The notes below the pieces were generated by a model that was given only the letters and a program-made list of their open reading frames with translations, was not told the origin of the DNA and ran no database searches. Below are positions 35,108 to 44,806 of a stretch of DNA of 52,371 nt, one piece after another; the first letter of the stretch is position 1, and every line of letters begins with the position of its first letter. A program made the translations under genes and the position numbers. Source of the stretch: Deltaproteobacteria bacterium (GTDB lineage: Bacteria; Myxococcota_A; Polyangia; Polyangiales; B10-G4); the NCBI GenBank assembly GCA_003647065.1, contig QMMC01000002.1, positions 1-52,371 on the forward strand. Reading direction: 5' to 3'.

Positions 35108-36904
35108 ATGGCCAACCAACGCACCAAAGCAGCCTCCGAGTCCATCGCGTTCCTGGTGATCAGCGCCGGGGTCCTGATCGGCTTCAACGCCATCTTCGCC
35201 ATCCTGCCGCCCCTGCGCCTCGACTGGACCGAAGACGAACTCTACACGCTCTCCCAGGGCACCAAGCGCCTGGCCTCGAGCATCACCGACCGCCTCGAGA
35301 TCGTCGCCTACTTCAGCGAAGACCTGCCCCCACCGTTCAACGCAACGGAGCGGGACGTCCGGGACATTCTCTCGGAGTATCAGTCCGCCGCCGGCAGCAA
35401 CCTGGTCGTCACCTTCATCAGCCCCGACACCGAGGCCGAAAAGGAAGAAGCTCAGGAAGCGGGCATCAACCCCGTGACCCACCAGCGGGTCACCTCCGAC
35501 GGCGCCCAAGTCGTCGAGGGCTACCGCGGCATCGTCATGCGCTACCTCGACCGCACCGAGGTGATCCCGGTCGTGCAAGATACGTCCGGCCTCGAGTACC
35601 TGCTCACGACGAATCTCAGTCTGCTGCTCAACGAGAAGCACACCATCGCCGTGCTCACGGGCCACGAAGGGGCGACCCTCCAGGAGGGGCTCCAGACGCT
35701 CCAGGCCTGCGCCCCCCTCTACGAGTTCCGCGAGGTTTCGGCCGAGTCGGAGATCGACCCGGAGATCGAGGCCCTCTTGGTGGTCGGTCCGCAGACGCCC
35801 CTCAGCGACGCGGAGCTGCGCAACATCGACAGCTTCGTCATGGCCGGGGGCTCCCTCGGCGTCTTCGGGGGCAGCGTGGCGCTGACCGTCGAGAACCAGC
35901 AGCCCAGCTTCTCGACCGTGGATACGGGCGTCAATACGCTGCTCCGGCCCTACGGCGTGGTGATGGAGTCCGAGATGCTCCTCGATACGCAGTGCCGCCG
36001 GATGCAGACGCCCCAGGGGCCTCGGTCCTCGCCGCCCTTCGTGCTCGTGGACCTCACCCTCCGCCAAAGCACCGACTGCAGCAACAACGACGACTGCCTC
36101 GATACGGCCGGGCCCGGCTTTCAGTGCGATAAGGGCACCTGCCAGCACCCCGTGACCTTCCGCCTCGAGGAGACCTGGGCGCCCTTCGGGGCGGCCCTCG
36201 AAGTCACCGAAGGAGCGAGCGAGCGGGCCGCGGTCATCGCCGTGTCGACCGAAAACTCGTGGACCCAGGAGGTCAGCTCCATCAACGCAGGCGCGGACTT
36301 CACGCCGCGATCCGAGGGCGAGAAGCCCCTCATGGTCGCCATTCAGGGCGAGATCCCCAGTGCCTTCGAAGAGGGCCAAACGAGCAACGACCAGGCGCGA
36401 GTCCTGGTCACCGGGTCGGCCTTGATGGTCCGCGACGAGATCCTCGGCCAGGTCCAGCAGATGGCGCGGCAGCAGTGCCCGATGATCGGGCCCTTCGCCT
36501 CGGCGCTGAACGCCATCGACTGGCTCGCCCAGGACGCCGACCTCATCGCCGTCCGCGCCAAGGACGTCTCGGACCCGTCGCTTCGGGTGCCCGAGAACGT
36601 CGAATCCGCCGAAGAAGAGGCCGAAGAGGCGATCCGACAGGCCCGCGAGGCCGGTCAGGACGCCGTCAACGCCCTCGTCCAGGGCGACCAAGCGGGCCTC
36701 GACAATGCGGTCGGAAGCCAAAACGACGCCATCGGCGCCCGCGAAGCCGCGCTCGAACGAGCCCTCCTCGCCCGCGAGGAGTGGGACGCGAAGATGCAGC
36801 AGTACCGGTGGGGCAACATGCTCGGCGTGCCCTTCCTCTTTGCGCTCTTCGGGGTCGTGCGTTGGCGCATGCGCCTCTCGCGCCGCAAGAACATCAGCAT
36901 CTGA
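35108..36904 (+). CDS. GldG-family ABC auxiliary protein
   Basis: RLDWTEDELYTLSQGT, IAVLTGHEG, LLVVGPQ...IDSFVMAGG, NAIDWL; TM helices at both ends. Confidence 0.9.
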   Translation: MANQRTKAASESIAFLVISAGVLIGFNAIFAILPPLRLDWTEDELYTLSQGTKRLASSITDRLEIVAYFSEDLPPPFNATERDVRDILSEYQSAAGSNLVVTFISPDTEAEKEEAQEAGINPVTHQRVTSDGAQVVEGYRGIVMRYLDRTEVIPVVQDTSGLEYLLTTNLSLLLNEKHTIAVLTGHEGATLQEGLQTLQACAPLYEFREVSAESEIDPEIEALLVVGPQTPLSDAELRNIDSFVMAGGSLGVFGGSVALTVENQQPSFSTVDTGVNTLLRPYGVVMESEMLLDTQCRRMQTPQGPRSSPPFVLVDLTLRQSTDCSNNDDCLDTAGPGFQCDKGTCQHPVTFRLEETWAPFGAALEVTEGASERAAVIAVSTENSWTQEVSSINAGADFTPRSEGEKPLMVAIQGEIPSAFEEGQTSNDQARVLVTGSALMVRDEILGQVQQMARQQCPMIGPFASALNAIDWLAQDADLIAVRAKDVSDPSLRVPENVESAEEEAEEAIRQAREAGQDAVNALVQGDQAGLDNAVGSQNDAIGAREAALERALLAREEWDAKMQQYRWGNMLGVPFLFALFGVVRWRMRLSRRKNISI

Positions 36905-36912
36905 GGTAAGCG

Positions 36913-38154
36913 ATGGATTGGCAGAAGAATCGGGTCGCCATCGGAGCCCTCGTGCTGGTGGGCATCATGGCCGTCGCCGCGTGGGCGATGCAGAAGCAGG
37001 ACGAAAACCGCGGCGGTGGGTCCGTCACCACGGGTGACGGCGACGGCGACGGGGGCGCGGCGGATTCGATCCTCCCGAACCTCGACAAGGCCGAGATCGA
37101 CGAGATCGAGATCCATCGCCCCGACGCGCCGACGGTCCGACTGACCCGGGTGTCCGAGGACGAGTGGCGGGTCGCCGAGCCCGTGGATGCGCCGGCAGAC
37201 ATGACGACCGTCAATACGGCCCTCGACAAGCTCGACGGGATGGTGATGGTGCGCATCGCCGCCTCGAACAGCGCCAACCACGAGCGCCTCGAGGTCACGG
37301 AAGACACCGGCATTCGAGTCATCGCCCGGAGTTCGGGCAACGAGCTCGCGAACTTGCTCTTCGGCTCCTACAGCGGCGGCACGACCATGGTCCGCGCCGA
37401 GGGTGAAGACCGGGTCGCCGCGGCCGAAGGCTCGCTCAAGTTCGCCTTCAACAAGGACGTGAAGGACTGGCGCAATCGCCGCGTCGTCGACGTGTCCCCG
37501 GCCGACGTGGTCGCGGTCGCCTTCCAGAACGGCGAGAGCACGTGGCGCTTCGAACGCGGCGAGGACGCCCAGTGGGTGCAGTCCGAAGGCGAAGACGAGA
37601 TCGAGCGCTTCGGCCCGACCCGCGTCCAGTCCACGGTCTCGAGCCTGGCGCGCATGAGGGCATCGGACTTCGCACCGACCGACACCACCGCCGAGAGCGC
37701 CGGCCTCGGCGAAGACGCCAAGGTCATCACCTTGACGGTCCGTGAGGCGAGCGAAGACGAAGAGGACGGCGAAGACGAAGAAGACGAAGAAGACGGCGAA
37801 GAGCCGGCGGCGCCGGTCCCGACCTACGAGATCGTGCTCAACCTCGGCAGCCAGCACAGTGAAGAAGCGAACGACTTCTACCTGACCCGGGAGGGCGACG
37901 CCGTGGTCTTCCTGGTCTCGAGCTACCTCGCCGAGCGCATGGACGCGAACGTCGAATCCTTCCAGACCCCCGAGGCAGGCGACGAACCCGCCGCCGCCGC
38001 ACACCCCGGCATGCCCCCGGGAATGCCGCCCGGCATGGGCGGCCCCGGCGGCCCTGGTGGCCCTGGTGGCCCTGGAGGCGGACAGCTCCCGCCCGAAATC
38101 ATGCAGCAGATTCAGCGGCAGATTCAGCAGCAGCAGGCCGCCGGCGGGCAGTAA
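36913..38154 (+). CDS. DUF4340-like membrane-anchored periplasmic protein
   Basis: N-terminal TM helix; WRVAEPVDAPAD, DWRNRRVV; typical fourth gene of GldAFG-like operons; Pro/Gly/Gln tail. Confidence 0.8.
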   Translation: MDWQKNRVAIGALVLVGIMAVAAWAMQKQDENRGGGSVTTGDGDGDGGAADSILPNLDKAEIDEIEIHRPDAPTVRLTRVSEDEWRVAEPVDAPADMTTVNTALDKLDGMVMVRIAASNSANHERLEVTEDTGIRVIARSSGNELANLLFGSYSGGTTMVRAEGEDRVAAAEGSLKFAFNKDVKDWRNRRVVDVSPADVVAVAFQNGESTWRFERGEDAQWVQSEGEDEIERFGPTRVQSTVSSLARMRASDFAPTDTTAESAGLGEDAKVITLTVREASEDEEDGEDEEDEEDGEEPAAPVPTYEIVLNLGSQHSEEANDFYLTREGDAVVFLVSSYLAERMDANVESFQTPEAGDEPAAAAHPGMPPGMPPGMGGPGGPGGPGGPGGGQLPPEIMQQIQRQIQQQQAAGGQ

Positions 38155-38195
38155 ACAGTATCGCCTGGCCCGTCAGGGCCCGAACAGCCCTTCCA

Positions 38196-39689
38196 TCAGG
38201 GAGGGCAGGCTCGGTTGCAGACGATGCTCCCGTCGGTGCACGTCGCGTCTCCACCGCCGCATGTCGAGTACTGGCACGTCGCCGACGGCACGTCGCAGCG
38301 TAGGCGGCATTTGGCGTCGGCGTGGCAATTGACGGTGCAGTTCGTCGCGCCGCGACAGTCTACATCACAGCTCGTATTGCGGTCCTTGCACTCGACGGTG
38401 ATGGTCTCACCGGACTGCATGCGGAAGTCGCAGTCGGCGCCGCTCTTGCAAAGCCCCGTGAACACCGCCGGGCTGCTCCCGAGCACGGTGCATTGGGTGT
38501 TGCGTTGCTCGCAGGTGATTAGACAATCCCTCGAGTCCGAGCAGAGGTAGCCGCAGTGGGCCCCGCCCGCGCACCCACAGTCCGCCGTGGACGGGTTACA
38601 GCCGTCGTTGCAGGGCCCGGCGAAGCAATCAATATGACAGAGCCCCCCGTTGCAGACCCCCGCGCAGGACGTCCCGCACGCGCCGCAGTTGTCCTCGTCT
38701 TCGTCTGGTCTTGATTCGCAGCCGTCCGTCGCCGATCCATTGCAATCGTTGAAGCCCGGGTCGCAAGAGTCGACGAGACAAGACGACGTCGAGCACTCCG
38801 GCGTTCCGTTGGGTGCTTCGCACGCGACGCCGCAAGCCCCGCAATCGGTCAGGGTATCGACGGCCATCTCGCAGCCGTTGGCCTCCATGCCATCGCAGTC
38901 ACCGAAGCCGATTTCACACGCGAAGTTGCACTCGCCGGCGCCGCAGCCGGCGACGGCGTGGTCCCGGGAGCAATCCACGCCGCAAGCGCCGCAGTCCGCC
39001 GGTGAATCCAGAGGTGCCTCGCACCCATTTCCGAGCACGCCATCGCAGTCATCGAAGCCCGCGTCGCAGCTCACGGCGCAGGCCCGTTCTACACAGGCCG
39101 GCTCAGCGTTCATCGGCGCCGAACAGGCCATATCGCAATCCCCGCAGTTCGCCGGGTCGTCCTCGGTGTTCACGCAGCGCGTTTCGCCGCAGAGGGTTGT
39201 TCCCGTAGCGCAGGTCGCGACGCACGTCGACGAACCCCCGAGGGTCTGACAGAGAGAACGCGTCACGCCGCACGCGGTGGTGCAGGAGCCGCAGCGCGCC
39301 GGCTCGGTCGTCGACGCTTCGCAGCCGTTCGACCGATCGCCATCGCAGTCGTCGAAGCCGGCATCGCAGTCGAGCCCGCAGACCCCCATGGTGCACATGG
39401 CGGCCGCGTTGGCCGGATCCACGCCGCAAGAAGTGCCGCACCGGCCACAGTTCTCGGGGTCCGCCATGATGTCGAACCCCTCGTCGATCATGCCATCGCA
39501 GTCGTCGTCAGCGGCATTGCAGCTCTCGGCCCTCGGGACGCATGCGTCGGGCCCGCGTACGCCCGTATCGCCCCCGTCGCCCCCGGAGTCCGCGGGCCCA
39601 GCGGCATCGGATCGGGGGAGCAAGGCACCGGTCTCGAGGGAGCACGCGGTGAGGAGCACGGCGATGGGCAGCCAGATGAAGCGAAGCAC
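38196..39689 (-). CDS. Cys-rich repeat lipoprotein
   Basis: GTG start, lipobox LTA|C; repeats CDAGFDDCDG...NGCE...CGxCG; C-terminal CxxxCxxxC-type domain. Confidence 0.85.
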   Translation of the reverse strand: MLRFIWLPIAVLLTACSLETGALLPRSDAAGPADSGGDGGDTGVRGPDACVPRAESCNAADDDCDGMIDEGFDIMADPENCGRCGTSCGVDPANAAAMCTMGVCGLDCDAGFDDCDGDRSNGCEASTTEPARCGSCTTACGVTRSLCQTLGGSSTCVATCATGTTLCGETRCVNTEDDPANCGDCDMACSAPMNAEPACVERACAVSCDAGFDDCDGVLGNGCEAPLDSPADCGACGVDCSRDHAVAGCGAGECNFACEIGFGDCDGMEANGCEMAVDTLTDCGACGVACEAPNGTPECSTSSCLVDSCDPGFNDCNGSATDGCESRPDEDEDNCGACGTSCAGVCNGGLCHIDCFAGPCNDGCNPSTADCGCAGGAHCGYLCSDSRDCLITCEQRNTQCTVLGSSPAVFTGLCKSGADCDFRMQSGETITVECKDRNTSCDVDCRGATNCTVNCHADAKCRLRCDVPSATCQYSTCGGGDATCTDGSIVCNRACPP

Positions 39690-40005
39690 GGTCTCCAAAG
39701 TGTACCCGAATGCCGACACCGGCAGATTCCCGCCGCTCGCCATGGTGTTCGGCCAGGCGACCCAGTGGCTCTCGGGTAGGCTCATGAAATGCGCCGGGGC
39801 CCGGCCGTGGGGTCCTCGGCCCCACCCGTCTGGCGACGGCGCCGCGGCCCAAGGGGGCCCGAAGTCCACCGGATCGGGCCCTCGAACTCCCCATGAGTAC
39901 GGGAAAGAGCCCCAAGTCGGTGATGGCACATCGTTTGCGGTTGAATCCGGTGCCGCCCCCAACCGGGAACCCCCGGCCCCAGCCGCAGTCTCACCAAGGA
40001 AATCC

Positions 40006-41352
40006 ATGTTGCTCGTACGACGCCTCTGCGCCTTCGCGATCACCGCCGCCGCCGCCACCACGTTGTCGGCCTGCGCCGCCCCCGGCGCCGACTACACCGA
40101 CAATGAAGGGGACGACCCTTACAAGTACGAGCAGCTCGAACTCTCGCGGAACGGCCGCTACACCCCCCCGGCCGACATCAAAGCGGCAGGCGAAGCCCAG
40201 CGGGGCACGTACCAATCCGCTGGCTCCTGGAATGGCGGTCGCAACTGCAGCGGGACCTTCACCGCCGGCGCTCGGGAACTCGGGCAGTATCTGGTCGAGA
40301 ATTTCGCGGCCACTTCATTCGAGGGCTACAGCTGCCGGCGCAACACCGCCGACCGTTCGCGCATGTCGATGCACGCCACAGGCCGGGCAATCGACGTCAT
40401 GATCCCCCTCGACGGGGGCCAGGCAGACAACGGCCTCGGGGACCCGATCGCCAACTATCTCATTCGCAACGCGACCGAGATCGGCGTGCAGTTCTTCATC
40501 TGGGACCGCACCAAGTGGAACATCCGGTACAGCGGTCGGAAGGATAAGAGCTACGGCGGCCCCCACCCCCACCACGACCATCTGCACATCGAGTTGAGTG
40601 CGGCTGGCAGTCGGCGGAGCACCCCTTGGTTCAACCGCGACTCGGGCACCAGCGACGTCACGCCGGTCGCTGATTCGCCAGCGGACAGCGGCGACACGCC
40701 GGCGGACAGCGGCGGCACCGCCGAGCCGACGCCGGACTTCGCCAGCGGCTGCACCGAGACGTGCCCCTACAGCGGCGACGGGGACTGCGACGACGGCGGC
40801 GACGGATCGGCCTACTCGGTGTGCGAGCTGGGAACCGACTGCCGCGACTGCGGGACCCGAAGCTCATCAGGCACAGCGACGCCCCCGAGCACCGACCCGG
40901 CCCCCTCGGAGCCCACCACGAGCTGCTCCGATTCATGCACCTACGCCCGAGACGGCGAGTGCGATGACGGTGGCCCCGGGGCGGCCTACACGGACTGCGC
41001 CCTCGGCACGGACTGCTCGGACTGCGGACCCCGAGGTGGCTCGTCGACCGAGCCTGTCGCCGCTTGCGGTGACGGGTGGTGCGACGCCGGCGAGACCTGC
41101 GGCACGTGCCCCGCGGATTGCGGAGTGTGCCCGGCGGAGGGGTGCGCCATCCCTGGTCACGGGACGAACGCCGAAGACGGCGGAAGCTGTTCCACCCTGG
41201 AATCCTGGCGCTGCGTATACAGCGCCCGGTATGGCTCGACCGTCTCTCAGGTGTGCCGGAGCGGCGGGTGGCTCAACTTCCACACGTCGCCCCGGGGCTG
41301 CGACACCTGCTGCGGCAGTTACTCCAGCGACTGTCGCCAAGCCGGGTCCTGA
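40006..41352 (+). CDS. Lipoprotein with LAS/M15-like zinc peptidase domain and Cys-rich repeats
   Basis: AAGGA RBS; lipobox LSA|C; SMHATGRAID (Hx6D) and HHDHLHIE (HxH); two CxYxxDGxCDDGGxG...CxLGTDCxDCG repeats. Confidence 0.82.
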   Translation: MLLVRRLCAFAITAAAATTLSACAAPGADYTDNEGDDPYKYEQLELSRNGRYTPPADIKAAGEAQRGTYQSAGSWNGGRNCSGTFTAGARELGQYLVENFAATSFEGYSCRRNTADRSRMSMHATGRAIDVMIPLDGGQADNGLGDPIANYLIRNATEIGVQFFIWDRTKWNIRYSGRKDKSYGGPHPHHDHLHIELSAAGSRRSTPWFNRDSGTSDVTPVADSPADSGDTPADSGGTAEPTPDFASGCTETCPYSGDGDCDDGGDGSAYSVCELGTDCRDCGTRSSSGTATPPSTDPAPSEPTTSCSDSCTYARDGECDDGGPGAAYTDCALGTDCSDCGPRGGSSTEPVAACGDGWCDAGETCGTCPADCGVCPAEGCAIPGHGTNAEDGGSCSTLESWRCVYSARYGSTVSQVCRSGGWLNFHTSPRGCDTCCGSYSSDCRQAGS

Positions 41353-41368
41353 CGAAGGCCCGGCCCGC

Positions 41369-42319
41369 TCAGTCCAGGATGGCGACGAGCTCTACGTCGA
41401 AGACCAGCATGCCCGCCGGGGCGCCGGGGCGGCCCTGGTAGGCGAGGTTCTCGGGGATCCAGAAGCGGCGCTGCTCGCCGGCGACCATGAGCTGCAGCCC
41501 CTCGGTCCAACCGGCGATGACCCGGTTGAGGGGGAAGACCGCGGGCTCGCCGCGGGTGCGGGAGCTGTCGAACATGTTCCCGTCCGTCGTCCACCCGGTG
41601 TAATGCACGCGCACCCGGCTCGTCTCGGCGGGGTGGGCGTCACCGGTCCCAGCCTCGATGACCTTGGACGCGAGGCCGCTGTCGGTGCGCTCCGCGTCCG
41701 CGGGGGCAGCCGCGACGTCGGTGGGGGCCGTCGGCGACCGGAGGATGCTCACCAACTCGATGTCGAAGACCAGCATGCCCGCGGGTGCGCCGGGGCGACC
41801 CTGGTAGGCGAGGGCCTCGGGGATCCACGCCCGCACCTTCTCGCCTTCGGCCATCAGCTTGAGCACCTCGGTCCAGCCAGCGATGACCCCGGTCACGCCG
41901 AAGGTGGCCGGCTGACCGCGGGCGATGGAACTGTCGAACATGTTTCCGTCGGTCGTCCAGCCGGTGTAGTGCACGCTCACCCGGTCCGCATCTGCGGGCT
42001 TGTTGTCGCTACTGCCGGGGCGGAGGACCTTGTAGGCGAGGCCTGACTCGGTGCGGGTCGCGTCAGCCGGAGCCTCGGCGACGTCGCTCGGTGCGGGGAT
42101 CGCGTTCGGCGCCGGCGGCCGGGCGCCGGCCTTCGTCGGAGTCCGGGCGGCCGCTGCGTTGTCCGCCGTGGGGGTGTCCCTGGACCCTGTCTCTTCATCG
42201 GAAGAGGCCGCCTCGTCCGTATTCGAGAAATCCGGCTCCTGGGCCCGGTCGCAACCGAGGGCCAGAAGGGAGGAGACGAGGATGAGGGCGGCGCTCCGCG
42301 CCAGCGTTTCGGCGGTCAT
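41369..42319 (-). CDS. FKBP-type peptidyl-prolyl isomerase lipoprotein with two FKBP domains
   Basis: VHYTGWTTDGNMFDSS...VIAGWTE...GMLVFD(I/V)ELV twice; lipobox ALG|C. Confidence 0.95.
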   Translation of the reverse strand: MTAETLARSAALILVSSLLALGCDRAQEPDFSNTDEAASSDEETGSRDTPTADNAAAARTPTKAGARPPAPNAIPAPSDVAEAPADATRTESGLAYKVLRPGSSDNKPADADRVSVHYTGWTTDGNMFDSSIARGQPATFGVTGVIAGWTEVLKLMAEGEKVRAWIPEALAYQGRPGAPAGMLVFDIELVSILRSPTAPTDVAAAPADAERTDSGLASKVIEAGTGDAHPAETSRVRVHYTGWTTDGNMFDSSRTRGEPAVFPLNRVIAGWTEGLQLMVAGEQRRFWIPENLAYQGRPGAPAGMLVFDVELVAILD

Positions 42320-43103
42320 GGGAGCGGGTCGTAGTCCAATGTGGGGGCCGTTTCAACCGGCTCGCCGACTGAAATGGAAGCCATGACGCGGTAGGCGTCG
42401 GATGGCCGAGGATCTATCGACCGCCGGTGGTCGTCGTCGGGGCCTCGGCGCCCCCCTGGAGGGGCCCCACGCGCTCATTCGAGTTCCCGTTCGATGCGAA
42501 TATCGGGGGCGCGCACGACATCGCCCGCGGCGTCGGTACCGACCGTGAGTTCGAAAACGGACGTGATTCCATCATCATCGAGGTCTCCGTGGGCTCGGAA
42601 GGTATAGAGCGCCTCGTTCGGCCCGTGGCCGCAGCTGGCCGGAGGGGCAACGATCTCATACCGGAAATAGACGGGACCGGTGACGGGAAAGCCAATCTCG
42701 CGGAAAGGGGCATCAAGGGCACCTAGCGCCTGAAGCTCGGAGCCGGGCACGTTGGTGGTAATGGCAGGGCCAACTGTGCAGTTGCTCTCGTAGGAGCCGC
42801 CTGCTCGCGAGCGTTCTTGCATGTAATATCCGGTCGCACCCACGAAGAGCATCCCAAGGTTCGAGTGGGCCTCGAGAGTCTTCAAGCGCCGCACGTGGTC
42901 AGCCGGCGAGGCTGCGGCCTCCGAGGTCTCGTGACCCGCAGGCTCCGACGACGGCGGGTCGGAGGCCTCATGCTCATCGGCCCGATCGCAGCCGAGAGCC
43001 GATAGAGAGAAAACGAAGAGGAGGGCGGCGCTCCACGCCAGCGTTTCGGCGGTCATGGGAGCGGCTCGTAGTCCAATGTGGGTGCAGTTTCAACCGGCTC
43101 GCC
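42242..43103. repeat. Dispersed 125-bp direct repeat (42242-42366 and 42979-43103) covering upstream region plus signal peptide
   Basis: The last 83 bp match at 79 positions by manual alignment; both copies encode MTAETLAxSAAL...ALGCDRA. Confidence 0.92.
42475..43056 (-). CDS. Lipoprotein carrying a type IV pilin-like head domain (chimeric gene)
   Basis: FKBP-like signal peptide, then HVRRLKTLEAHSNL...AHGDLDDDG...ERELE, clearly paralogous to 45378-46001. Confidence 0.8.
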   Translation of the reverse strand: MTAETLAWSAALLFVFSLSALGCDRADEHEASDPPSSEPAGHETSEAAASPADHVRRLKTLEAHSNLGMLFVGATGYYMQERSRAGGSYESNCTVGPAITTNVPGSELQALGALDAPFREIGFPVTGPVYFRYEIVAPPASCGHGPNEALYTFRAHGDLDDDGITSVFELTVGTDAAGDVVRAPDIRIERELE

Positions 43104-43126
43104 ACGGGGGCCGAGATAGACGCCGC

Positions 43127-44653
43127 CTACCCGCAGAGATTGTCGCGGGGGACGCACTGCTTCGGGATGTAGAACTGGTCCTCGATGTCGGTGAGGCGGG
43201 CGCAGCGCGCGCCCTCGCCGCAGGCGGCGTCGGTGGTGCAGCCGACGCCGCACCTTCCCTCGCCACCGATGCCGAGGCAGAGGTTGCCGCCAGCGCCGCA
43301 GTCGGCGTCCGTGGTGCACGGCTGACAGGCGATGCCTTCGGATGCATGGGGGTTGAGCTGCGGGTCGCCGTCGATGCCGTGCACGCCGTAGTGCACGCTG
43401 CGGAAGGCTTCGGTATTGAGGCCGCGCAGCATGCTCAGCCAGCTGATGGGGTAGTGCCGGCCGGCGTCATCCGTGATGGTCAACCAGGTCACGAACTCGT
43501 GCAGGGTCTGATATCCCACCGAGAACGGGGTGGTGTTCACGGTCGTGACGATGTCGACGTTGTCGAAGGTCTTGTTGGGGTTCGCCATCAAGTCGTCGAC
43601 GTAGCTGCGGTAGGTCTGGCAGCCGTCGAGAACGAAAATCTGATAGCTGTCGCGCATCTCGAGGGTGGCGAAATCACGTGCCGGGATTTCGTGGCGCGGC
43701 TGGTAGTCGAGGATGAAGCCGGCCCCGGGGCCCGCGTGGCCCGAGTAGATCACGACGTCACGGGCCCGGAAGCTCTCACGAATGGCGTCGCTCAGCTTGG
43801 ACTCCTCGTCGGCGGTGACCATGTCCGAGTGGTAGACGTAGACCCGAACCTCGACCTCCCGGCTTTCGACGAAGATCGTCTTGGTGAACGGAGGCGAGTC
43901 GATGGCGAGGGACTCGAAGTCCGACACCGCCTGGTTTTCGAAGCCGCGTTCGTTCAGGAGGTATTCGACGAGCCACTTCGCGGTCTCGAGGTCGAAGCGA
44001 CCTTCGTTGTAGTCGCCGCCGAAGTGAATGCCGATGTCGTAGATGCCATCGGCGAAGAGCTCGTCGTACTTCGGGAAAGCGTCACGGCTCTCGCTGCCCG
44101 CGATCTCGACCTCGACCGTCTCACCGGTGGGCTCGGACCAATCTTGGACGGTCACCGAGAAGGTACGCCGGCTCGCCGTGCCGGGAGCCAGCTGGCTCAT
44201 GAGGTAGTGGCTGCCCACCAGGCCGATTCGAAAGGTGAACCGAGCCTCGGTTCCGACGACTTCGGTCCCCTCGGTCTCGGCGGCGTTCTTCTGGAAGTAG
44301 GTGAACCAGCTGACGTCGTCCCCGGTCTCGCCGCCGTTGGATTCCCCGACGACCGACGTCACGTGAGCCCGAATTGCACGGCTCACGGTGTTGAGGCGTC
44401 CCTGAACGGCCCGGTCGAGGGCTGCGTTCTGCTCATCCTCGGACAGGTCCGCGTAGTCCTCGGGGAGGGCTGCGTGGGCGATGCCGCTGAGTTCGAACTC
44501 CCGGGCGTTGGAGGAGATGTAGTTGTCGGCCTTGCCGTCCTCGGCCGGGATGACTTCGTGGGGGCCCGCTCCCGCTTCGATGGAAGCGTTGGGGCCAGAG
44601 ACCGCGCACCCGGTGAGGGCGAGCAAGAGGGCGTTCATGACGAGGCGAGACAT
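43127..44653 (-). CDS. Lipoprotein with putative caspase/gingipain-like (clan CD) His-Cys domain and C-terminal Cys-rich module
   Basis: Lipobox LTG|C; DGKAD motif; DVVIYSGHAG and YQIFVLDGCQT. Confidence 0.7.
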   Translation of the reverse strand: MSRLVMNALLLALTGCAVSGPNASIEAGAGPHEVIPAEDGKADNYISSNAREFELSGIAHAALPEDYADLSEDEQNAALDRAVQGRLNTVSRAIRAHVTSVVGESNGGETGDDVSWFTYFQKNAAETEGTEVVGTEARFTFRIGLVGSHYLMSQLAPGTASRRTFSVTVQDWSEPTGETVEVEIAGSESRDAFPKYDELFADGIYDIGIHFGGDYNEGRFDLETAKWLVEYLLNERGFENQAVSDFESLAIDSPPFTKTIFVESREVEVRVYVYHSDMVTADEESKLSDAIRESFRARDVVIYSGHAGPGAGFILDYQPRHEIPARDFATLEMRDSYQIFVLDGCQTYRSYVDDLMANPNKTFDNVDIVTTVNTTPFSVGYQTLHEFVTWLTITDDAGRHYPISWLSMLRGLNTEAFRSVHYGVHGIDGDPQLNPHASEGIACQPCTTDADCGAGGNLCLGIGGEGRCGVGCTTDAACGEGARCARLTDIEDQFYIPKQCVPRDNLCG

Positions 44654-44806
44654 GGTGCGCTTGCCTAACGCAACAGACATGCCAGAAAGCGCCCCCAGAA
44701 AGCGCAGCGATTCCTTAGCCTTGCCGGTGGTGGTGGTGGCCACCGGTCTCGCCGCGGCCGCCGCGCGAGCCGGGGAGCCTTGCCGCTGCGCCCTAAGCCT
44801 TCGGCC

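Noticed and set aside
33054-36904. Assigning gldA/gldF/gldG symbols and a gliding function
   Set aside because: Family resemblance only; such operons are widespread outside Bacteroidetes gliding systems
34886-38004. Minus-strand ORFs of 611 and 449 aa
   Set aside because: Shadows of the GldG-like and DUF4340-like genes
39277-40061. Apparent long overlap of divergent ORFs 38196-40061 and 39277-41352
   Set aside because: Lipoprotein signals place the real starts at 39689 and 40006, which removes the overlap
41369-42110. Internal DNA repeat in the FKBP gene
   Set aside because: Explained by ordinary tandem FKBP domain duplication
43055-44668. 537-aa plus-strand ORF
   Set aside because: Shadow of the minus-strand lipoprotein
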